From Acidimicrobiia bacterium (GTDB taxonomy: Bacteria > Actinomycetota > Acidimicrobiia > IMCC26256 > JAGPDB01): DNA of 64,000 bases. Position 1 is the stretch's first letter, and each line of letters opens with the position of its first letter. The stretch is from contig JAXLRE010000009.1 of the NCBI GenBank assembly GCA_046331265.1, forward strand, positions 8,349-72,348, given 5' to 3'. Shown in pieces: positions 57,762 through 64,000 of this stretch. The translations under genes and the position numbers were made by a program. The notes under the pieces were generated by a model that was not told where the DNA came from, ran no database searches, and saw only the letters and a program-made list of their open reading frames with translations.

Positions 57762-58937
57762 GGCATCACGTATTACGCCAAGTTTTGCTTTGGTTTCATC
57801 CCATTCTTTTATCGGATCTGAACCTTTTACGATACCTACACCTGCGAACAATGTAGCGGTTTCTTTAATCACTTTTGCACAGCGAAGAGCGAGAGCGCTT
57901 TGTCCGTTCAAATCTGAATCAAACCACCCAATAGGCGCTGCATAAATCTCACGATCAAAATCTTCTAGCTCATCAATTATTTCAAGTGCTTTAGCTGTAG
58001 GCACACCTGCAACTGCAGGGGTCGGATGAATTATATTTATTAAATCAATTATGTCGATATTTTTATCGACAATTGCTGAAATATTTGTTGCTAAGTGGGC
58101 AACATGAGGGAGCTTTATCACACTTGGGTTTTCGGGGTAAAAAACATTTTTAGAAATTTTGTTCAACTTAGCAACAATATCTTCTACGACTACCTTATGT
58201 TCAAAAGTATCTTTTGTATTAGTCCTCAAATCTGCAAGGTCTTGTTCATCATCATTTATTCGGGCATGTCTTTTTCTTGTACCTGCCATTGGTTGTAATT
58301 TAATTGTGTCATCAAATTTTTCGAGTAGTAGCTCTGGTGAGGCACCTACAAAGTTATTAATTGAATAAACGTAGCAATCTGGTTGTGAATCTAGGAGCTC
58401 TAAAAACAATATTCGTTTATTTATTGCAGTATCCGAAACCATTTTTAGCTGTCTAGCCAAAACAACTTTGGAAACCTCTCCATTTTCAATGTATTTTAAA
58501 GCTCTGCTGACCTTGTCGCTGAAGTTTTCTTTTGCCTCTGTGCTTGTAAGTTCTAACTGGTGAGGATATTCATTACTGTCGTTAACAAATTTAGTTTCTT
58601 CAAAATTCTCATCGATAGAAAACCTGTAATGCGTTACAAAATTTCTATTATCAATATGTATAGCTTCTTTAGGAAAGGATATTTTTGTTTCATCTGACGA
58701 CTTGTTCTTAAAGCTAAGTCCAAAAATTATAAACGGCTTAATTTTAGGTGTTTCGTAATTGTCATTTACCTCTTTAAGTAAACCCTTTATATCTGAAATA
58801 TTAGAAGTAAATAGTTCTCCACGATTTATATAGATCCCTCGATTAGAAGAAAAAATCTGATCGCTTTCTAGTAGAGTTCTTTCAAGAGTTGCCTCTAGCT
58901 GATACTGGTTATATTGAGTAAAAATTTTTTCGATCAT
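57741..58937 (-). CDS. menF: Isochorismate synthase
   Basis: Chorismate-binding motifs FVGASPELL, PMAGTR, HPTPAVAGVP and AGVGIV. Confidence 0.88.
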   Translation of the reverse strand: MIEKIFTQYNQYQLEATLERTLLESDQIFSSNRGIYINRGELFTSNISDIKGLLKEVNDNYETPKIKPFIIFGLSFKNKSSDETKISFPKEAIHIDNRNFVTHYRFSIDENFEETKFVNDSNEYPHQLELTSTEAKENFSDKVSRALKYIENGEVSKVVLARQLKMVSDTAINKRILFLELLDSQPDCYVYSINNFVGASPELLLEKFDDTIKLQPMAGTRKRHARINDDEQDLADLRTNTKDTFEHKVVVEDIVAKLNKISKNVFYPENPSVIKLPHVAHLATNISAIVDKNIDIIDLINIIHPTPAVAGVPTAKALEIIDELEDFDREIYAAPIGWFDSDLNGQSALALRCAKVIKETATLFAGVGIVKGSDPIKEWDETKAKLGVIRDALMNISQ

Positions 58938-58943
58938 TTCGTA

Positions 58944-59651
58944 CTAACCTTGAGCAACAGACTTTGTCGAACATACCAAAATTAACGAACCCCCAATTAA
59001 CGTGTCAACAGATACATTCTCATGATCAACACTCTTTAGTAGCTCAACTATTTTTTCGTTACTAGGTAAGTAAGAAGTTGACCTCGGAAGGTATTCGTAG
59101 GCATCTTTATTTTTTGAGATTATCTTGCCGAGTTTAGGAGCGATTTTAAACATCCATAATTTGTTGAATATCCGTATTATAGGGTTTTTTGGCACACTAA
59201 CATCGACGGCGACAAATCTTGCTCCAGGTTTTAACACTCTATTTATCTCTATAAATAAAGTTTCTAAATCAACAAAATTTCTAAGACCATAACCACAAAT
59301 CAAACCATCGCAACTATTATCTGCAAAAGGCATATTATTTCCGTCACATTGGACCGAAAGAAGTGTTCCATATGAATTATCTAGCATTCCATATGAGAAA
59401 TCACATGAAATTGGACGAGCTCCCTCTTTAATTAGCATTCGCGACAAATCACCTGTACCGCTAGCTAAATCAATTATCAAAGAATTTTTGCTTGCTCTTA
59501 ATGCTTTAATGGCAATTTTTCTGGAATGTTTGTCCATCCCTAATGAAATGAATTTATTTGCTTTCTCGTAACTTGGTGCTATGTCATCAAACATGGATTT
59601 AACCATGTTTCTCTTTTCTTCTCCTACAGGCAACGATTCTTTATTCTTCAT
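58944..59651 (-). CDS. menG: Demethylmenaquinone methyltransferase
   Basis: UbiE/MenG N-terminus MFDDIAPSYEKANKFISLGMDKHSRK and SAM motif IDLASGTGD. Confidence 0.88.
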   Translation of the reverse strand: MKNKESLPVGEEKRNMVKSMFDDIAPSYEKANKFISLGMDKHSRKIAIKALRASKNSLIIDLASGTGDLSRMLIKEGARPISCDFSYGMLDNSYGTLLSVQCDGNNMPFADNSCDGLICGYGLRNFVDLETLFIEINRVLKPGARFVAVDVSVPKNPIIRIFNKLWMFKIAPKLGKIISKNKDAYEYLPRSTSYLPSNEKIVELLKSVDHENVSVDTLIGGSLILVCSTKSVAQG

Positions 59652-60912
59652 ATTTGTTTGTCTCTATTTTAGAGGCAAAACCAACATGATCTGGAAGTGA
59701 GTAGTTTTTTCGAAATGCTCCAATAGCTGCTAAAACAACAAAAAGTGACGCTCCGACAACTATAAAAAGTATTCTTGCCCCAAAGCGGTTTACAAATGCA
59801 CCTTGTATTAGCGAAGCAAGAGGGAATAAAAGCCCAAGTGTTGCCATGAAAGTTGCTGATACTCGACCTTTTAATGCATTAGGTGCAACCAATTGTGATG
59901 AAAGAGTAGTTGATGTGAGTGTTCCTAGATAAGTCACTCCAAACAAAAATGAAAATGGTGTGGCGACAAACAGGTTTGGCGATGATCCAAAAAAGATAAG
60001 TACAAATGGAAGTGTAAAAAGGAATACTTGTTGAGTACGTGTCGGACCAAATTTAATATGTAGGGTAGTGATCATTACCGAAATTAAAACGGCGCCTATT
60101 CCTTGAGATGATGTAAATAAGGAAGTTCCTAAGTTTCTATATTTGAAAACTTCATCTGCGACATTTGGTAAAAGTGAAATAAACGGACTGGCCCAAAAGA
60201 TGGTCACTGCATAAATTAAATACGGAGTTCTAATTCCAGATTCTTTAGATAATATAAATTTCCATCCATCTAACAACAGAGTTGCTGAATTTTTGTGATC
60301 TGCATTGCGTGCATGTTCTTGGTAGTGATCGTCTTTAACTAATAGCAACATGACAACAACCAATAAAAAACTGAAAGCATTTAGAAGCAGTGCTTGAGTG
60401 TAATGACCGGTAGAAACAAAAATGGCAGCTATTGCCGGTCCAATAATCCTTCCTAAATTCCACTGAGCAAACATTAAAGATAACGCTCCCGGTAAATATT
60501 TTGGAGGAACTATATCTGAGAAAAATCCTTGCCAAGTAGGGAAGCTTATGGCATTTAAAAAACCTGTCATGAAAATTAGAGAAATCACAAGTGTTGGGGT
60601 AGCAAAGTCTTTTGCAACGCTAAGAGATAAGAACAATGCAATAATGCATGCAAGAATATTGGTGATAACAAGTGTATTTCGACGTGGGAATTTATCTGCA
60701 ATAGTCCCGCTGAAAATACCTAACAGAGCTTGAGGGATATATCCAGCAGCCATTGCTCCAGCAACGATTATTGCATTTTTTGTTGTGGACTGCATGTATA
60801 TACCAATGGTGACAGTTTCGACCCATGTCCCAATATTTGAAGTGACTGCACCGATAAAAAGTCTTCTATAGGGCTTATAAGAAAGCGCTTTTAGAGAATC
60901 GATGCTTTTCAT
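59641..60912 (-). CDS. MFS transporter
   Basis: 423 aa with about 12 hydrophobic helices and an MFS loop motif (IADKFPRRN). Overlaps the menG start by 11 nt. Confidence 0.8.
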   Translation of the reverse strand: MKSIDSLKALSYKPYRRLFIGAVTSNIGTWVETVTIGIYMQSTTKNAIIVAGAMAAGYIPQALLGIFSGTIADKFPRRNTLVITNILACIIALFLSLSVAKDFATPTLVISLIFMTGFLNAISFPTWQGFFSDIVPPKYLPGALSLMFAQWNLGRIIGPAIAAIFVSTGHYTQALLLNAFSFLLVVVMLLLVKDDHYQEHARNADHKNSATLLLDGWKFILSKESGIRTPYLIYAVTIFWASPFISLLPNVADEVFKYRNLGTSLFTSSQGIGAVLISVMITTLHIKFGPTRTQQVFLFTLPFVLIFFGSSPNLFVATPFSFLFGVTYLGTLTSTTLSSQLVAPNALKGRVSATFMATLGLLFPLASLIQGAFVNRFGARILFIVVGASLFVVLAAIGAFRKNYSLPDHVGFASKIETNKYEE

Positions 60913-60951
60913 GAGTATAGATTAGTTTGAAATTTCGACTAGTTTCGATGC

Positions 60952-62034
60952 GTGACAAATTTAATCATAGGCATAATCTCGATTATTTCGTTATTTGTTT
61001 TGTCATATAGAAATAAGAATAAATATGTTCTAAGAGAATCTGTATCAGATTCTAATTCGTTAATATCAGTAATTATCCCAGCTAGAAACGAATCTTCAAA
61101 TTTAAAAAACTTGTTGCCAAGCCTTTATGAACAAAGTTATGTGAATTTCGAAGTGATTGTTGCAAACGATGAATCAAGTGATGATACAAAAAAAGTTTCA
61201 GCATCGTTCGGTGCGAAAGTTGTAGATATTAATGATAGGCCACCGAAAGCGAAACCAAAGGCTTATGCTTGCCATCAAGGCTATTTGGAGTCGACTGGAG
61301 ACATAATTGTTTTTGTTGATGCTGATACTTTTATGTCGAAAAACTTTTTATCTTCGTTAGTAGATGTCTTTGTGAAGGAAAACGTAGAAATAGTTTCAGT
61401 ACAGCCGTTCCATAAATCTAAGAAAATGTTTGAGCAATTGTCGTTATTTTTTCATTTTGTTTCAGTTGTTGGATCAGGTATTTTTAGTACTATAAAAATT
61501 GACAATGGCATTTATGGGCCATGTATTGCATTTACAAAGAATACGTATGAATCAACTAAAGGTTTTGCTAACAATAACGTAATGACAAGCGTCATTGAAG
61601 ATTATGAACTGTCAAGGGTTATGGAAATTAACAATATAAAATATAGTCGTAAAATTGGTTTAAATATTTTTCAATATAGAATGTACTCATCGCTAAAAGA
61701 TCTATTTTACGGATGGACAAAAAACATTTCTCGAGGCGCAACGAAAACTAATCCATTAATAGTTTTGGCTATGGTCATCATGATAGGAAGCATGGTTTCT
61801 ATGCCATTGAATATCTTTTATGGAGATCAAACTTTGCAAGCTATTAATCTGATTTGTTTTTTAATTTTATTAGTTATGTTTATTCGAATTGCGCTAAAGC
61901 TGGGGAATTATGTTTTAGGTATTGCTTTTTATCCTGTTTGTATAATGTTCTTTATTGTAACTTTTATGTTTGCATTGCTAAGTCAAATATTTAAAAAAGA
62001 AATCGTATGGGCTAATAGAAAAATAAAAGCATAA
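60952..62034 (+). CDS. Family 2 glycosyltransferase with C-terminal TM helices (CrtQ-like)
   Basis: ISVIIPARNE and FVDADT (DxD) motifs, with a hydrophobic C-terminal third. TAGTTT at 60940-60945 lies 6 nt upstream of the GTG start. Confidence 0.8.
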   Translation: MTNLIIGIISIISLFVLSYRNKNKYVLRESVSDSNSLISVIIPARNESSNLKNLLPSLYEQSYVNFEVIVANDESSDDTKKVSASFGAKVVDINDRPPKAKPKAYACHQGYLESTGDIIVFVDADTFMSKNFLSSLVDVFVKENVEIVSVQPFHKSKKMFEQLSLFFHFVSVVGSGIFSTIKIDNGIYGPCIAFTKNTYESTKGFANNNVMTSVIEDYELSRVMEINNIKYSRKIGLNIFQYRMYSSLKDLFYGWTKNISRGATKTNPLIVLAMVIMIGSMVSMPLNIFYGDQTLQAINLICFLILLVMFIRIALKLGNYVLGIAFYPVCIMFFIVTFMFALLSQIFKKEIVWANRKIKA

Positions 62035-62036
62035 AA

Positions 62037-62495
62037 ATGAAAACGTTAATTTTACTTATAGTTTTAGACTCACTTATATGGGTTTTTGCCTCTGTAGTAA
62101 TCGGTTATGTTTGTAATAAACTACCGAAAAATTTTTTGGATAAAAGTATTGTATTTCCTGTTTCACGAAAAACATCACGGCGTATAGAAAAGTATCTAAA
62201 AATAAAAAAATGGAAAGACGCAATGCCTGAGGCTGGAGGTTTCTTCAATGGCGGTATATCTAAAAAATCTTTAATGTCGTTAAATAAAGAAGGGTTAAAT
62301 ATCCTCCTATATGAAGCCAAACGTGCAGAGCTAGTTCACTATCTAATATTTAGTGTTTTCGTAATATTCTTCTTAATTAATCCGGTTTCTTTAGCAGTAA
62401 TAATGTTTATTTATGCATTTATAGCCAATATTCCTTGTATATACATACAAAGATATAACCGTTCGCGAATATTAAAGGTTATGGAACGAAATTAG
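62037..62495 (+). CDS. Glycosyl-4,4'-diaponeurosporenoate acyltransferase-like membrane protein (CrtO family)
   Basis: 152 aa. EAKRAELVHY and FIANIPCIYIQRYNRSRI match my recollection of Staphylococcus CrtO (ETKRAELIHW, ANVPIIIVQRYNRPRL). Confidence 0.65.
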   Translation: MKTLILLIVLDSLIWVFASVVIGYVCNKLPKNFLDKSIVFPVSRKTSRRIEKYLKIKKWKDAMPEAGGFFNGGISKKSLMSLNKEGLNILLYEAKRAELVHYLIFSVFVIFFLINPVSLAVIMFIYAFIANIPCIYIQRYNRSRILKVMERN

Positions 62496-62572
62496 GTCGA
62501 TAGACCCATTGTTAACTGAGACTTATTCCATAATAATGACGGTACGAGGTGCGGAATTAGTCCGCTTTCTAC

Positions 62573-62614
62573 AGGAGGGTCTGTCTGGGCAGGTGTGCAG
62601 GTCCTCCTTTTTTT
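62573..62614 (+). terminator. Strong intrinsic terminator 23 nt upstream of pdxH
   Basis: AGGAGGGTCTGT (62573-62584) pairs with GCAGGTCCTCCT (62597-62608), including G-U pairs, and is followed by a T run up to 62614. Confidence 0.65.
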
Positions 62615-62637
62615 ATGCTTTAAATTATACTTTTTAA

Positions 62638-63276
62638 ATGTCAAATGATGAACTTATAGTGCGAAGACATTATGGAGAAAATGAATTAGGTGAAGAATTT
62701 TTATTAGGTGATCCACTTAGTCACTTTAAAAATTGGCTTTTAGAATCAAAACAAAATGGCGATTTTGAACCTGACGCATTTGTGCTGAGTACATGTAGTT
62801 CATCAGGTGTAAATGCGCGTATGGTTGCTTTGCGAGGCATTGCTGATGATTCCTTATATATTTATACAAATTACAATTCAAATAAAGCAAAAGAAATAGA
62901 AGAAAATAATGATGTCGCACTTACATTTTATTTTGCCAGTATTTTCCGACAAGTTCGCATGAAAGCAAAAGCCTACAAACTAGATAGCAATCAAAATGAT
63001 CGTTATTTTGCAACGAGACCACAAGGTTCAAAAATAGGCGCATGGGTGTCGCGGCAAAGTGAACCATTAGGTTCTAGAAAAGAATTAATAGAAACTTATA
63101 AACAATATGAACATGATTTGGGCGATAACATCGAGAGGCCACCTTTTTGGGGTGGTTATAGGCTCGTTCCGTATGAGTATGAATTTATGCAGGGTCATAA
63201 AGATAGGTTGCACGATAGATTTAAATTCCAAATACTAAATGATGGAACAATTAAACGCGAACGGCTTTGGCCTTAA
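62638..63276 (+). CDS. pdxH: Pyridoxamine 5'-phosphate oxidase
   Basis: RMVALRGI..D.LYIYTNYNSNKAKEIEENN.VALTFYF....RQVRMK pattern and C-terminal RERLWP. TATACT at 62626-62631 lies 6 nt upstream of the ATG, with no Shine-Dalgarno sequence. Confidence 0.92.
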   Translation: MSNDELIVRRHYGENELGEEFLLGDPLSHFKNWLLESKQNGDFEPDAFVLSTCSSSGVNARMVALRGIADDSLYIYTNYNSNKAKEIEENNDVALTFYFASIFRQVRMKAKAYKLDSNQNDRYFATRPQGSKIGAWVSRQSEPLGSRKELIETYKQYEHDLGDNIERPPFWGGYRLVPYEYEFMQGHKDRLHDRFKFQILNDGTIKRERLWP

Positions 63277-63904
63277 TAAAATTCGCATGATCTCTTGAAC
63301 TTAAAAGTTTCGCTGACCAAGTAGTATTTAAATTTTCCACTTCTCCATGGCTCATGATTTCTGAATTTGTTACTTTAATACCGCATTTAGCAAATTCATC
63401 TTTGTTATTAATGAAGAAATCTGGTGTGATCTCACCTAGATGAGATAAACGTTTTGGCAAATTCTCTTTCCATATTTCACCATTTATAATTATCGTTATC
63501 TCTCCATCTATTTTGGCGCAAGACGAGATTGAATTCAGGATGTTTTTGTCTAATTCCGCAATTCCTGTGAGAAGGTCACCCCAGGGGAGAATCACTCGTA
63601 CTTCATCGCATAGGTTTTCGAAAGTTGGATAAGAATCTTTGATGTTTCCATAGACACACAACAAGTTATCGACACCACCGCGAGTTTTTTTCCTGTGTGC
63701 TTGTTTTGATGATTTTTCAAGTGAGTTGTATGCAGAATCTATTGCTACGTATAAGCTATCTTCATGATTACGTGCATCTCGGAGGGTACCTTTTGCATCA
63801 CCGGCTCCAATATCTAATATGACCTTGTTATATTTTTCTATTAGATCTAAAAAAAGACCGCGAGATAATTCTTCGCGGTCTTTTCCTTTAACAATTAATG
63901 TCAC
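63251..63904 (-). CDS. 16S rRNA (adenine1408-N1)-methyltransferase family protein (KamB/NpmA-like)
   Basis: Colinear with remembered KamB/NpmA sequences: VILDIGAGDAK (VVLDVGTGDGK), LYVAIDSAYNSLEKSSKQAHRKKTRGGVDNLLCV, VILPWGDLLTGI (LMPWGSLLRGV) and TTWSAKLLSSRDH (TSWTRRLHSSRDR). GTG start. Confidence 0.8.
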   Translation of the reverse strand: MTLIVKGKDREELSRGLFLDLIEKYNKVILDIGAGDAKGTLRDARNHEDSLYVAIDSAYNSLEKSSKQAHRKKTRGGVDNLLCVYGNIKDSYPTFENLCDEVRVILPWGDLLTGIAELDKNILNSISSCAKIDGEITIIINGEIWKENLPKRLSHLGEITPDFFINNKDEFAKCGIKVTNSEIMSHGEVENLNTTWSAKLLSSRDHANFIKAKAVRV

Positions 63905-63906
63905 GT

Positions 63907-64000
63907 TTAAACATTCGCATGTTCAAGCATCAATTCAGAGTCTTCTTCGTCTAAATTAATTTCGCTTTTAGCCATTTCTTGCCTGTATTGCGCCAATAAT
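63907..64000 (-). CDS. 3' end of an unidentified gene (start outside window)
   Basis: The minus-strand frame is open to the window edge and ends ...LLAQYRQEMAKSEINLDEEDSELMLEHANV with TAA at 63909-63907, 2 nt before the methyltransferase GTG. Confidence 0.35.
   Translation of the reverse strand, partial: LLAQYRQEMAKSEINLDEEDSELMLEHANV

Noticed and set aside
62541-62580. Resemblance of GGTACGAGGTGCGG to the ACGAGGUGCG core of the guanidine-III (ykkC-III) riboswitch.
   Set aside because: In the riboswitch the GCG-containing strand pairs with the far 3' end to form an H-type pseudoknot. Here GCGGA pairs immediately with TCCGC across a 5-nt loop, the CCGG…CAGGACAAGACGG elements are missing, and the downstream gene (pdxH) is not a guanidine-related gene.

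Overview
AT-rich, very gene-dense chromosomal segment: about 60 protein genes, mostly short spacers, and several overlapping stops and starts. The gene content and order match the conserved Actinobacteria backbone: pepA near lpd-sucB-lipB-lipA, then cysteine desulfurase-mnmA, ligA, gatCAB, ilvD and ilvB-ilvN-ilvC, plus a PASTA Ser/Thr kinase and DUF2142- and DUF3558-like proteins. I therefore read it as core chromosome of a low-GC actinobacterium; the exact taxon cannot be determined by eye. Blocks:
- 0-6 kb: amino-sugar/glycan modification cluster.
- 6.2-10.7 kb: E3 and E2 of a lipoylated 2-oxoacid dehydrogenase, plus lipB-lipA.
- 10.8, 17.7-20.8 and 47.3-50.1 kb: three large GGDEF-EAL sensor proteins.
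- 21-28 kb: tRNA thiolation genes, ligA, ychF.
- 35.4-38.7 kb: gatCAB.
- 39-47 kb: branched-chain amino acid genes with a leader-peptide attenuator.
- 50-60 kb: a complete classical menaquinone pathway (menF, D, H, C, E, B, A, G).
- 61-64 kb: a CrtQ/CrtO-like transferase pair, pdxH and a KamB/NpmA-family 16S rRNA methyltransferase.
I saw no rRNA, tRNA, CRISPR array, transposase, integrase or recognisable phage or defence gene. No clearly novel multi-gene system stands out. The best candidates for a second look are:
1. An orphan two-gene cassette (2-TM protein plus a papain-fold-like Cys-His-Asp protein) with a perfect 32-bp inverted repeat, wedged between ilvD and ilvB.
2. lipB, which is split over two reading frames and whose remainder is fused in frame to lipA.
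3. A GC-rich structured island carrying a 73-aa ORF in the largest intergenic gap.
4. A tandem pair of 7-TM PQ-loop/SWEET-like membrane proteins.
5. A leaderless operon encoding a membrane protein and an HExxH lipoprotein.
6. A recurrent TANNNT-N6-start geometry, which implies widespread leaderless mRNAs.
All calls rest on reading the translations and the DNA by eye. No database search, HMM search, RNA folding or statistics were run, and family assignments rest on remembered motifs.
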